Below, one piece after another: positions 25,155 through 39,578 of a DNA stretch of 64,000 nucleotides. Below the pieces are notes generated by a model. It was not told where the DNA came from, did not search any database, and saw nothing but the letters and a program-made list of their open reading frames with translations. Source of the DNA: Chiloscyllium plagiosum (lineage: Eukaryota); assembly GCF_004010195.1 (NCBI RefSeq), contig NC_057719.1, forward strand, positions 36,867,067 through 36,931,066, in the 5' to 3' direction. The position numbers and the translations under genes were made by a program. Each line of letters opens with the position of its first letter. Positions within the stretch are counted from its first letter, which is position 1.

Positions 25155-25249
25155 CCGCCATCTTCAGCCGCCATCTTCCCCCATCGGGAAGCCATGTTTT
25201 CGGGCGGCCATACTGACATGGCGGCGCCCATAACCTGGGGAAACATGGC
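25155..25249. promoter_or_regulatory. Cluster of YY1-binding motifs in YY1 intron 1 (autoregulatory element)
   Basis: CCGCCATCTT 25155-25164, GCCGCCATCTT 25167-25177, GCCATGTT 25191-25198, GGCCATACT 25206-25214, ACATGGCGGC 25216-25225, AACATGGC 25242-25249. Confidence 0.8.
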
Positions 25250-25443
25250 TTCCCTTCAAAACAAAAACATTCAGAAACCACTCGAGCTCCAACCGGGCGG
25301 CGGAAAACACCGAAACCTTCGCCTCTTCACCGTTTCTTCCCCCTCCCCCTCCCGCTGCGGCGGGACACGCCCTAGAGCCGAAGAGAAAGCTCGCAAATGC
25401 GCGCATTTCGTTTCCGAGTCGTTATTTTTCATCTTCCCCATTA

Positions 25444-26626
<1,183 letters not shown>

Positions 26627-26708
26627 ATGGGGATCAAAATGAAACGATACGATTTTGAATGGGTGTACACGGACCAGCCTCATACGCAAAGGAGAAAAGA
26701 AATGTTGG
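26627..26708 (+). CDS. DEGS2: DEGS2 (sphingolipid delta4-desaturase/C4-hydroxylase) coding exon 1 (82 nt; not in the ORF track)
   Basis: aacATGG Kozak; [27 protein letters not shown] + G|gtatgt donor; phase 1 matches exon 2 (G|CT AAG TAT = A-K-Y). Confidence 0.95.
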
Positions 26709-29700
26709 GTATGTCTGGTCTTTTAAAACAAAATCAAGTAAAAGTTTGTCTTCAAATGTGATTTTTAAAAAGATATTTCATTTTCCAAATTATCCATTCT
26801 TATACAAATCCAGTTAAGACATGTTCTGGATAATAATTTTCAACAGTTTGGTTTATAATTCGAAGTGAATGTAACTCAATCTGAGTTTTGTTTTGTTTTC
26901 TCATGAACGTGAGAATGCTGGTATTTGAAGAGGAAATCAAGGCGAGCAGCCTGCACCCTTTTTTAATAGTTGAATCAACTTGTGTGTTTTCCTGGTCAGG
27001 TTAAAACTTTCTCTTCCTTCTCCAGTCAGCATATTATGTACTTATATCGTCCAATTCATCACTATTTACTGTCACTTTTCTCATGGGTCCCCCACTGTGT
27101 CAGTCAAGTATAAGATTGCGAACTTCTGCAGGTATTTGACTACATTTGACAACATTCCGCTTGTCGCTGAATGCCAGGTATAGCTGAACGAAATCGCATG
27201 TTTTAATACGTATTTGTTTCAAAGAAACGGTTAACATTATTTGAAGAGGTCATTAAGTTTTGACCGTACCTAAGACGAGGCAAATTTGTTCGATCCAGTC
27301 CACAGTCCATCTAAAATCTGCGTGAGAATAAGATTTATAGAGTTTCCGACGAGAAATCTAGACATTTCCGTGATCTGAGTCCGATTTTCATTCCAACTAT
27401 AGAAATACTCAAAATCAGCCAGTATGGGAGATAACGTTTATGTGTGGGGCGTGGGTAGTCTTTTTTGAAAGATTTGCGCAGTTAATTTCGGTGTAACAAA
27501 TCCATGAACGTATGAATCACGATCTTTATACAGTTGGGTGGGGCGAGAGAAAGGATCGTCCAGGTAGGGCAGTAAACTTTGTGCTGACTGGTGCAGTGAC
27601 ACCTGTTGCAAATTTTGCATGGATTGTGTACATCATTGTAAATTACTTTGCAAATATCAAACACAATCAAGTAACCCATTCGGGCGCCGCGGCGCACTTC
27701 ATTGATTTGAAGGGCTTGAATATTTGCAAAAACAATCAATTGTTAAATTTGCCACCGTTGAAAATGTTGTTTTAAAAGTTTGTGGCCACTATATGCTGTT
27801 GATTTTATTTTGTCCAAACTTTGTACAGTATCTCCCTGTTTTCCCCGAATTGTGGATTAGCAATGCCCAAACTAATTTCAGTCCAAGCCTGAGTAGGTGA
27901 GCGGCTACAGTCTTATCTCCCAAACTGTATATATTTGTGTGTGAGAGATTGCACGCCCAACCAAGTTTCTATGTACAAGTGGAGGAGTTAACATTAAAAG
28001 TGTTCTAAAACAGAATGTGGAAGATGGAAGTCTTTTTGGCATTGTTCCCATCTACCTTAGACGACCGTTCATTTAGCTATTGGAAACCAGCCAAATAGAA
28101 ACATGAACTTTTCCGTCCAGCCACCTATTAATTTTTATTTGTCAAAACCAGAGGATTAGTTCCCCGTTACTGGATAAACTGCATTTTTAAAAATAGTTTA
28201 CTATTCCCAGCATATGCAAGATGGGATAAATAATGATTGAAATTGGGAGAATCAGGTCGTCGCAGGGTGTCTCTTGATATTGGAGAGTGTGCACTGTTGA
28301 GATTTACGGCGAAAACAAAGAAAGCCTTGTTATTTCTGGTTGGCCAATATCACTCCAGCGCCTGTAGAACGGATCATGGCTCTACTCGATTTCAAATTAA
28401 TAGATCACAATTTTATAAACTGAAACTTCGGAGCGAGATACATTTCGGGAAAATACTCTGGGGGCTAAATGCGAAAAACATGCGGAAGGTGTTCGAAAAT
28501 TCGGAATCCCTGGGCTTGGCGATCAGTGAAATTTAATCTTGAGTAAATTTCACATTAGTTTCCGGGAATTTTCAAGTTTCATTGCCAAGGGCCACAAATT
28601 ATTTAATCCCGTTAGAATGTAATATTGCCTCTACTGTCGAATAAAAGCAGCAGTTAAAGTGTACAAATATAGCACATTTTTAAAACAAAATCTCAATAAA
28701 TCTCAGTCTGCCCCTAAGCATTGTTTTACTGTTCAATAGAGATTGAATCTTAATTAAATACAATTTACGCTAATTGAACGCGGTTGAGAAAAGGCTGTAA
28801 TGTATATAGTTCTCATCATTAAGGGGAGGAGTCGATTCCAAAATATTTGCTTGGAAGAAAGTCAGACATTGTAACGTCATGCCATTGTTAGGTGGGTATC
28901 AGCACTCATCCTTATCTCCATTTGGATGGGAATTTCTCATTTGCTTTTGTGTATCTGGGGATCAGTTGAATAATATGCAGAAACTAATTTGATCGTTAAT
29001 AATTGTGTGCTCCTACTATTTCCCTAGTGTGAATGAGCAGGATCATTGTATCCAATACGTGGATGCCCACCATTGATTCCCTTCAAAATTCAAGTAACTT
29101 GAGCAACCCATTGGAAACAAAATATGGGAATGTCTGAATTGGATTCTGTAAATGATTAAAGACCTTTCATAATATATAATACATTATTGTTACTGAACAA
29201 AACCAGACTATTTCCAAGGTTATTAAAACATTGGCCATTTGATGTTTGGAGTTAATATAATTTAACATAAAATTAGAACACATTATTTTATAATAAATAA
29301 TTTTTGTCTTAAATGTTTAGAAAATAATTCACCCATTATTTATGACACCTAATTAGCAGTTGTTGTGTGGCATTGTAAATATGCCATAGTCAATCCTTGC
29401 CCATAACACAGTTCTACAATGACTTTCATTGAGGTCACAGTTGAACTGCCTGCAACCTCTGACATGGTTGATCACACCATGTCTCCTCCAAAGTCCCTCC
29501 ACTATTATCCATCTAGGTAGGACTGCATTCATCAAATTCCATTCTCATTTATTCAGTCAGAGCCAGAGATGCATTTGCTATGGCTTCTTTTCCACTCCTG
29601 CAGTTTTACCTTTGGTGTCCACAAAGCACCCATCCTTTGCTTGTTCATCTACATGCTGCCACTCAGTAACATCACAACAAAAGGAAGCTTATGGTAGCTA

Positions 29701-30104
29701 CCAAGGCTCAAAACAGTGGATGCCCAAGATGAATATATAAAGTGCAATGGGTTGCTTAAAAAGAAACTAGAAAAACAATGAGGGGCATGAAAAAAAAAGA
29801 TGGATAACATTTTGAATGAATTAGCATTGAGGTATTAGCATTTTTAGTAGGTTTGACATTGAATAAATACCCAGGGCAAGATGAGATATATCACAGATCA
29901 TTGCAGAGAAGGAGGAAATTGCAAGCCTCTGGTATTAACTTTCAAACTCCCTCTGGTCACAGAGGAAAATTAATGTGGTGACATTATTCAAAATGGGTGT
30001 GTAAGGATAAACCAGGAAGCTACAGGCCAGTGATTCTGACATCTGTGGTAGACAAGCTATTGGAAAAATTTCTGAAGGAAGCAATTAATCATGGCAGATA
30101 TATT

Positions 30105-30675
30105 TCTTAACTCCATTCTCCTGCCTTCTCCCCATAACCCTTGATTCCCTTAGTAATCAAGAACTTATCTATCTGAATTAGATGCACTCAATGACTCTCA
30201 GCCATCTGCGGCAATGAGTTCCACAGATTAATTACCTTCGAGCTGAAATATTCTTCCTCATCTCAGTTCTGCAGGGCCATCTCTTCACTCTGAGGCTGTC
30301 CCTTGGGTTCTGGTCTCTCCTAGTGGAAATATTTTCTCTACATCCTCTCTAACCAGGTCCTTCAGTATTCTGTAACTATCAATCAGATTCCGCCCTCAGC
30401 CTTCGAAACTACATCAAGCATAGATCCAGAGTCCTCAACACTTCCCCATATGACAAACCCTTCATCCCTGGCATCATTCTTGTAAACATCCTTTAGAAAT
30501 CCCTTCCAACACCAGCATGTCTTCCCTTAGAAATAGGGCCCAAAACTGCTCACAATATTCCAAATGTGGTCTGACCAAAGCCTTTTATAACCTCAGCAGT
30601 ACATCTCTTGCATTCTGGCCCTCTTGATTGCATTTGCCTTCCTAACTGTCAATTGAACTTGCATGTTAACCTTAA
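30105..30675 (-). mobile_element. CR1-type LINE 3' end
   Basis: Reverse strand carries LVRPHLEYCEQFWA, RMMPGMKG, LWNSLPQ motifs. Confidence 0.75.
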
Positions 30676-31232
30676 GTCAGCAGCTGAAACACTCATTCAC
30701 GCTTTTGTTATCTCTGGAAACTTTGATTATTGTGCACTTTTGGCTGGCTTCCAGTGTGCTATTACCCTAAACTTGAGATCATCCAAAACAGCCTGTGCTA
30801 TAACTCACAACAAGTACGACTCAGCTACTACCTTTGTCCTTGGTAACCGATATTAACTCTGGTTAAATAAGGGCTTGATTTAAAATTTTCAACCTTTGTT
30901 TGAAATCCCCCCCCTCTGTAATTTCCTCCACCCCATGAACCTCTGAGACACTTGTGTTCCTTTCATTATGGGCTCTCCAACATTTCCAATTTTTAAATAC
31001 TCCACTATGAGCACTTGTAACTTCAATAGATCTGGAATTCCTTCTCTAATGCTCTCTGCCTGTCTTTCTCTCTTTGCTCCTTTACAATATTCCGTAAAAT
31101 CCCATCACTTTGACTAAGCTTTTTTGTCACCAGCTGTAATACTTATTTACATTGCTTGCTCAAATTTTGTTTTAGTAATTTTTGCTGTGAAACCACTTGG
31201 GACATTTTACTATTTTTAAGGCACTATATGAA
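30676..31232 (+). mobile_element. L2-type LINE 3' end, degraded
   Basis: AETLIHAFVIS..DYCALLAG motif typical of the L2 ORF2 C-terminus; tail ...aaggcactatat. Confidence 0.65.
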
Positions 31233-31251
31233 GTCCTTTTATAAGGGATTC

Positions 31252-33896
31252 TGCGTTTTTGATAAGGGATAGCATTACAGCTGTACTTAGGGAGGATATT
31301 CCCGGAAATACATCCAGGGAAGTTATTTGGGTGGAACTGAGAAATAAGAAAGAGATGATTACCTTATTGGGATTGTACTATAGACCCCCTAATAGTCAGA
31401 GGGAAATTGAGAAACAAATTTGTCAGGAGATCTCAATTATCTGTAAGAATAATAGGGTGGTTATGGTAGGGGATTTTAACTTTCCAAACATAGACTGGGA
31501 CTGCAATAGTGTTAAGGATTTAGATGGAAAGAAATTTGTTAAGTGTATACAAGAAAAGTTTCTGATTCAGTCTGTGGATATACCTACTAAAGAAGGTGCA
31601 AGACCTGACGTACTCTTGGAAATAAGGCAGGGCAGGTGACTGAGGTGTCAGTGGCGGTGCACTTTGGGGCCAGTGACCATAATTCTATTAAATAGTGATG
31701 GAAAAGGATAGAGCAGATCTAAAAGTTGAAGTTCTAAACTGGAGAAAGGCCAATTTTGATGGTATTAGGCAAGAACTTTCAAAAGCTGATTGGGCACAGA
31801 TATTCGCAGGTAAAGGGATGGCTGGAAAATGGGAAGCCTTCAGAAATGAGATGACGAGAGTCCAGAGAAAATATATTCCTGTTAGGGTGGAAGGAAAGGC
31901 TGGTAGGTATAGGGAATGCTGGATGACTAAAGAAATTGAGGGTTTGGTTAAGAAAAAGAAGGAAGCATATGTCAGGTATAGACAGGATAGATCGAGTGAA
32001 TCCTTAGAAGAGTATAAAGGCAGTAGGAGAATACTTGAGAGAAATCAGGAGGGCAAAAAGGGGACCTGAGATAGCTTTGGCAAATAGAGTTAAGGAGAAT
32101 CCAAAGGGTTTTTACAAATACATTAAGGACAAAAGGGTAACTAGGGAGAGAATAGGGCGTCTCAAAGATAAGCGAGGCGGTCTTTGTGTGGAGTCGCAGG
32201 AGATGGGGCAGATATTAAACGAGTATTTTGCATCAGTATTTACTGTGGAAAATGACATAGAAGATATAGAATGTAGGATGACATCTTGCAAAATGTCCAG
32301 ATTACAGAAGAGGAAGAGCTGGATCTCTTGAAATGCATAAAATCCCCAGGACCTGATCAGGTGTACCCAAGGACTCTGTGGGAAGCTAGGGAAGTGACTG
32401 CTGGGTCTCTTGCTGAGGTATTTGTATCATCGATAGTCACAGGTGAGGTGTCGGAAGACTGGAGGTTGGCAAACGTGGTGCCACTGTTTAAGAAAGGTGG
32501 TAAGGACAAGACAGGGTAGTATAGACCAGTGAGCCTGACGTCGGTAGTGGGCAAGTTGTTGGAGGGAATCCTGAGGGACAGGATATACACGTATTTGGAA
32601 AGGCAAGGACTGATTAGGGATAGTAAACATGGCTTTGTGCATGGGAAGTTATGGCTCACAAACTTGATTGAGTTTTTTGAAGAAGTAACAAAGAAGATTG
32701 ATGAGGGCAGAGCAGTAGATGTGATCTATATGGACTTCAGTAAGGCGTTCGACAGGGTTCCGCATGGGAGACTGATTAGCAAAGTTAGATCTCATGGAAT
32801 ACAGGAAGAACGAGCCACTTGGATACAGAACTGGCTCAACAGTAGAAGACAGAGGGTGGTGGAAGGTTATTTTTCAGACTGGAGTTCTGTGACCAGTGGA
32901 GTGCCACAAGGATCGGTGCTGGGTCCACTACTTTTCATCATTTATATAAATGATTTGAATGTGAGCATAAGAGGTATAGTTAGTTGGTTTGCTGATCACA
33001 CCAAAATTGGAGGGGTACTGGACAGCAAAGAAGGTTGCCTCATTACAACGAGATCTTGATCAGATGGTCCAATGGGCTGAGAAGTGGCAGATGGAGTTTA
33101 ATTTAGATAAATGTGAGGTGCTGCATTTTGGGAAAGCAAATCTTAGCAGGACTTATACACTTAATTGTAAGGTCCTAGAGAGTTTTGCTGAACAAAGAGA
33201 CCTTAGAGTGAAGGTTCATAGCTCCTTGAAAGTGGAATCGCAGGTAGATAAGATAGTGAAGAAGGCGTTTGGTATGCTTTTCTCTATTGGTCAGAGTATT
33301 GAGTACAGGAGTTGGGAGGTCATGTTGCGGCTGTACAGGACATCGGTTAGGCCACTTTGGAATATTGTGTGCAGTTCCGGTCTCCTTCCTATCAGAAAGA
33401 TGTTGTGAAATTGCAAAGGGTTCAGAAAAGGTTTACAAAGATATTGTCAGGGTTGCAGGATTTGAGCTATAGGGAGAGGTTGAATAGGCTGGGGCTGTTT
33501 TCCCTGGAGCGACGGAGGCTGAAGGGTGACCTTATAGAGGTTTATAAAATCATGAGGTGGGCATAGATACGGTAAATAGACAAAGTCTTTTCCCTGGGGT
33601 ATGGGGGAGTCCAGAACTAGAGGGCATAGGTTTAAGGTGAGAGGGGAAAGAGACCTAAGGGGCAACTTTTTCACGCAGAGGATGTACATGTATGGAATGA
33701 GCTGCCAGAGGAAGTGATGGAGACTAGTACAATTGCAACATTTATTAGGCATCTGGATGGGTATATGAAAAGTAAGGGTTTGGAGGGATATGGGCCAGGC
33801 GCTGGCAGGTGGGACTAGATTGGGTTGGGATATCTGGACGGCAATGATAAGTTGGACCGAAGAATCTGTTTCCATACTGTACATCTCTATGACTCT
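31252..33896 (+). mobile_element. Long 5'-truncated CR1 (HER1-like) LINE: APE endonuclease C-terminus, RT and 3'UTR; frameshifted
   Basis: [64 protein letters not shown]; ends atctctatgactcta. Confidence 0.95.
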
Positions 33897-34894
33897 AAAT
33901 GCAAGTCACTGTTATTTTGTGACTAATAATTTAGAGTTCTGATGTTTATGCCTGGAAGTTTATAATTATAATTTATAATTTACATCATCATTTCAGACAA
34001 TCAATGTACATTTTTTAGATGACTCCAAACTGGGAGGGACAATTGAGTTTTTAAATAAAATACATAATGAGTTCAGAAAGTGCGTGAGTAGAAAGGGCAA
34101 AAGCAGAGGAAATTATATGCCAAAAGCTGTAAAGTATTGCTTATGGAAGAGAAAATTGGTGGACCTGAATTTATGAATTTAGCTAATGAAAAAACTGAAT
34201 AAGACCCAAGTGTGACTAAACTCTCAACATGTTCAATCTCTTCAGAGCAACAACCACGGCAAATAGAATGCTTAATTTTATAGCAAAACCAGTTCATTTT
34301 TAACAAAAGGAAGGTATGGTCAATTCTCTGCACAGACCATATATTCAATGTGAGCTCCAGTACTATCAATGGGATGAGGAGAGAATACCAAGCATTGGGG
34401 ACAGTTCAGGAATGAACTCTTCCCAGTCCCACATACATTCTAATTTCAATCTCCATCACTCTGCAGCTCCACTGCTATCTTCACCCATGATTTTCCTAAT
34501 TTATTTCCTCCACAAATCTCTTTTTTTTCCTTTGTATTCCCTTGTGACTTCCACACTAGTTGCTAATATTAAAAGTTCCATTTGTTTGGGTACCAGCAAT
34601 TTCCTAAGAAAAGGTCCTTACTCTGTTTGTTCCTTCCAAATATTTTCTGAACTGCTCTCTCCCATGACTATTCTCATTCCTGTCAGAAATCCCTGTTGGA
34701 ATCAATTCAGTTCCATTTTCTTAAGATTGGGGATGTTTGGAAGGCATGTTGAGCCTCAATGGTGACATTTGTTTCTCTGAGAGAGAATGCACTGGTTCAA
34801 GTTCTACTCAAAAGATTTATCTCAGTGAACAGTTACCTTGTGAATCTCACTGCGAATCCTCTAGCAAAGATGCCAACCTTGAAGAAGTTGTCCT

Positions 34895-35062
34895 CCTCTC
34901 TCCACAAGAATCTCAGTGAGTGTTTCTCTCACTGCAACTCCCAGGTCATCTCCTCTGCCCTGACTCCTGATGAAGGGCTTTTGCCCAAAACGTCAATTTT
35001 CCTGTTCCTCAGATATTGTCTGACTGGCTGTGCTTTTCCAGCACCACTCTAATCTAGACTCA
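34895..35062 (+). mobile_element. Penelope-derived fragment with hammerhead motif (G12 mutated to A)
   Basis: CUGAUGA-A-GGGC-UUUU-GCCC-AAAACGUC at 34967-34994 plus the family A tail. Confidence 0.7.
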
Positions 35063-35084
35063 CCTTGTGAAGAGCTTTCCATCT

Positions 35085-35365
35085 GGCAAGATGTTAAACC
35101 AAAAATCCATGAGCTTTCTTCAATGTTTGTAAAGGATCTCACGGTAGCACTTTAATAAAGAGCAGGAAGGTCTCTCTGGTGTCCTCCACGATACTTATCC
35201 CTTCATCAATGTTCCTAAAACAGATAATCCAGCCATTATTATGTTGATCTATCTGGGGCCTTGTGTGCAAATTGGCTGCAGAATCTCTTACATGACAACA
35301 TTCAGTATGTTTCACAAGCACTCTTAAATGTGTTTAGGTTAGGAAAGGTACTATGTATTTGCAAC
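35085..35365 (+). mobile_element. Old DeuSINE-like (SacSINE1/AmnSINE1-type) SINE fragment
   Basis: gagcaggaagg...ggtgtcct...ttatccct...aaaacagat...gtgcaaattggctgc...aaaggtactat resembles the Deu-domain consensus as recalled; not verified by alignment. Confidence 0.55.
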
Positions 35366-36667
35366 CATTCCTAAATATGTTAATTTCAGTGAGAAAACTG
35401 AAAGATTTAGTACAGTTATATATTTCTAAAAGAAGATGCAATTCCTGCTCCTTCTATCCCCTCCCCAACCAATCAGTAGTCACATTTTTGGTGCACAAGA
35501 GCATTGAAATTCAAACTACTTTCCTCTTCAAATTTGTTTAAGGGTAGCTAAGTATATATCAACTTATACCATTATGGAACCAAAAATAATAGCTAATAGT
35601 TAAGGTTAAGTACTCACCTATATTAAAAGTACTTAATAATATATCAGATATTCTCTGATTGATTGGTTCAAAACTTCACAACACAGCTGCACTTCACTGA
35701 AAAAGAAGTAGATGTCTATACTTTTCAGATTATGAAATTTCATCACTATTCATTTTTTTCCTTCCTCTCCACAGATATACCTTCAGCAAAGATGGTGAAG
35801 GTGTATCTGTGAAGAAGAAGCAAAGCTTGTAATCATTTGTATGTTTAGTGTTGCAAATTCGTGATGGCTTATGAGATTAGAATTTTAATAATCACATTGT
35901 GCACTAGTTTTGGGAACTATTTAAGAAAACAGGAATTGAATGCACGCAAAATCATAAGTCTTTAGCTGACACAACACAAATGCGGTAGTTTGTTGGAGTT
36001 TCCATGTCACCTTTTTTGATAGATATTGTGTGTCGACATTTGGGTGGGGACTGGAGTGGGAGAATGTTGCTCTCACTCACTTTTGGCACCATTGCAAAGT
36101 AATTTAACTAAAGGGTTGTGCTCATGGGTGTCATTATAGCATACATTAATGCCTGGATTTTAACCTGGAGTGGGGGTGCAGTTGATGTGCTCCCACCCAC
36201 TGCTTCTTTCTTTCAGTGTAAAGCAGAATCAATAGTTAGAATACTTGACAACAAATTTCATTCTGGGGATTGAAAGACTGATATGATAACAAACATGCTG
36301 GCAGCAGTGGGCAACAATCAACACCCAGACAAATGGCAGGCAAGCGATTTTAAAAACAAATCCTTAGGTTCCTTCTGGGTCAGCAAGGAAACAATAATGA
36401 GAGACAAAATGAGTATATTTTGTGAGTTTGGGGGAGGGGGGGGGGGATCTTAGACTGAAGGATTAACATGTAGAGACAATTTAGATGGAGTTGAAAAAAA
36501 CAGCAGGGGGCAGGAAATATTGTTATTAGCTGGCTGTATGCCACCAAACAAGAGTGGTAATCTAGAGCATGCATAAATCAGGAAATTATAGATGCATGCA
36601 TCATGGACAGTACAATAATGATAGCTGACCTCAATGTACATTTCGACTGGGTAAACCAAATCAGTAC

Positions 36668-37645
36668 TTTTTTTTTATTTCAAAAATATATTTTATTCAT
36701 AAAATAATTTGATGGTCTGTACAGTTGGTCATGCCATACATATGTAAACATGTACATACAGATCATTTTTGTACAGGTCTGTACATTTTTCAATCATATG
36801 CCCATATAATTAGCTGAGGCGTCAGCAGAGCCCAAATGACTGCATGGGCCCCCTGTTCTTCGTTAGGCAGGCAGAATTTACACAGTGGTCTTTCCCCACC
36901 GCGCCTTGGCGGCAGCTGCCCCAAGCTTCAGTGCGTCCCTCAACACGTAGTCCTGGACCTTGGAATGTGCCAGTCTGCAACACTCAGTCGGGGGCAACTC
37001 CTTCAGCTGGAAGATCAGCAGGTTTCGGACCACCCAGAGAGCGTCCTTCACCGAGTTGATGATCCTCCAGGCACAGTTGATGTTCGTCTCGGTGTGCATC
37101 CCGNNNNNNNNNNNNNNNNNNNNNNNNNNNNNNNNNNNNNNNNNNNNNNNNNNNNNNNNNNNNNNNNNNNNNNNNNNNNNNNNNNNNNNNNNNNNNNNNN
37201 NNNNNNNNNNNNNNNNNNNNNNNNNNNNNNNNNNNNTACGTGCTGACCACTTCCTGATGGGCTTGTGGTCAAAGGTGTTTTTCTTCATAAATTTGTCCAC
37301 GAAGGACAGGTGATACGGAACGGTCCACTACTACTCAACTACTCGGAGTGTTCTGCGGCGGCGAGGCCAGGCCCATCCTTCGCAACACCGGGGACAGGTA
37401 GAACCTCAGTACTAGTGACACTTGGTGTTTGCGTACCGGGGATCCACACACAGCTTGATGCAGCCACACACAAAGGTGGCCATCAGGGTGAGGGTGGCAT
37501 TGGGTGTATTTTTTCCCCCGTTGCCCAGATCTTTGTACAGCGAGTCCCTTCGGACCCGGTCCATCTTTGACCTCCATATGAACTGGAAGATGGCCCGGGT
37601 GACTGCAGTGGCACAGGTTCTGGGAATAGTCCAGACCTGACTAAT
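36668..37645 (-). mobile_element. 5'-truncated Tx1/L1-type LINE 3' end (contains the assembly gap), inserted into an old CR1
   Basis: T-run at 36668 (poly-A tail on minus) with minus-strand AATAAA nearby; ORF2-like peptides AIFQFIWRSKMDRVRR...GGK and C-terminus ...VLRDALKLGAAAAKARWGKTTV. Confidence 0.8.
37104..37236. other. Assembly gap (N-run)
   Basis: 133 N bases. Confidence 0.99.
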
Positions 37646-38002
37646 ACTGTCAAAGATAAATTCCCAGAATTGGTACAAGATGGATTTCTGGAGTAGCACA
37701 TTGAGGAGTCAACTAGCGATCATGCCCTTTAGAGTTAGTGTTAAATAACAAGAAAGGGGTGATTAATAATCTTTCCATAAAGGAGCCTTTGTAAAACAGT
37801 GACGATAATATACCGAAATTTCACATTGGTATAAATTCAATGTAGTTCATTCTGAAACAAGGGGTCTTAAATATGAGGAAAGGAAGCTATGAAGAGCAAG
37901 TTAGCTATGGTGAATTGGGAAAATACCCTAAAATATTTGTTAGTAGAGAGGAAATGGTTGTATATTATGACAATACCACATGATCTACAGCAGATACCTA
38001 CA

Positions 38003-38190
38003 GGGCAGCATAGTGGATCAGTGGTGAACACTGTTGCCTCACCGTGCTAGAGACCTATGTTCAATTTTCAGTCTTGGGCAACTGTTGTGTTCTCTCCATG
38101 ATTGTGTGGGCTTCCTCCAGGTGCTCTGGTTTCCTCCGACAGTCCAAAGATGTGCAGGTTAGGTGGATTAGCCATGCTAAATTGCCCATT
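38003..38190 (+). mobile_element. HE1/V-SINE-type SINE, 3'-truncated
   Basis: gggcagcatagtggatcagtgg A-box, gttcaatt B-box, gtgcaggttaggtggattagccatgctaaattgccc. Confidence 0.75.
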
Positions 38191-39267
38191 GCTTATACAC
38201 TGTCGGAATTTCATTACTAAATGACAAATATATTGCTCTAAGGCTCAAACACCCAAAGTGAAAGGTGAATCAACAATGGCGAACATGATAAGTTAAAAAT
38301 TGCATTAGATCAATGGGCATTGTTTACAAGGAAGCCATTATGAGTGATAAGTCTAAGTATTGGCAGTAATTTACATTGCCGCAAAGGTGTAAAAATTTGA
38401 TGAAAAAATGGAAAATAAGTTTGTGAGAAACATAAATGCAGACTATAAAAGCTTCCTTAAGTATGTGAAATGGACAGGATTAAGACACATGTGGTCCTAT
38501 TACAAAGGAGACAAGAGAATTTCTATTGGAGAACAGGGAAATGACAGATAAAATACACAGTTATTTTGCATTACTTTCACTGAAGAAGATACAGAACACC
38601 TTCCAGAGATGCTAAGTAATCAATGGGTATTTAAAACTGAGCAGCAAAAAAAAATCAAGAAACAGTCATTGAAAAACTAACTGGTTGAAAGCTGAGCAAT
38701 CAGATGATTTGAGAACGCTGAAGGAGGCGGCGATAAAGATTTGAAATGCATTGGTGGTTATCATTCAAAATTCTGTTACTTTTGGAACAGTTCCTGCAGA
38801 CTGGAAAATAACAAACATAAGCCCACTGTTTCAAAAGGAAGTGGGAGAATGGAGAACTACAAAGCTGTTTTCCAGCTTTGATGTCAGTAGTTATGGAAAA
38901 TATTTAAATCTATTAAAAAGGATGTGATAACTAGGCATTTAGAAACAAATAATAAAATTGAGAAGAATGTACATGGATTTATGAAAAGGAATCACATTTG
39001 ACAACTGGTTGACGTTTGTTGAGGATATTATTTGTAGCATTGTTAATGGAGAACTAGCGATGTGCGTTTGGATTTTCAGGAGTTTTTGATGAGGTTCAAC
39101 ACAAGAAGTTAGTAAATAAAATTAGAATGCATGGAATTGGTAAAAGTATGCTAACATAGATTGAGAGTTAGTTGACAAGTAAGAAAGCATGTGTAGGAAC
39201 AAACAGATATTTCTCAGACAGGCTGTAACTAGGGTTAGGTCAGTGCTAGCTCCACGGCTATTCACAA

Positions 39268-39578
39268 TTAGATTAGATTCCCCTACAGTGTGGAAACAGG
39301 CCCTTCAGCCCAACAAGTCCACCAATCCTCCGAAGAGTAACCCACCCAGACCCATTTCTGACTAATGCATCTAACACTATGTGCACTTTAGCATGGCCAA
39401 TTCACCTGACCTGCACATCTTTGGATTATGGGAGGAAACTGGAGCACCTGGAGGAAACCCACACAGACACGGGGAGTATGTGCAAACTCCTCACAGACAG
39501 TTGCCCAAGGTTGGAATCGAACCTGGGTCCCTAGCACTTTGAAGCAGCAGTGCTAACTATTGAGCCACTGTGCTGCCT
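39268..39578 (-). mobile_element. HE1/V-SINE-type SINE, full length
   Basis: Reverse complement of ggcagcacagtggctcaatagttagcact...ggttcgattcc...tgtagggaatctaatctaa. Confidence 0.88.

Noticed and set aside
36836..37313. ORFs spanning X residues
   Set aside because: Artefacts of the N gap within a Tx1-like LINE.
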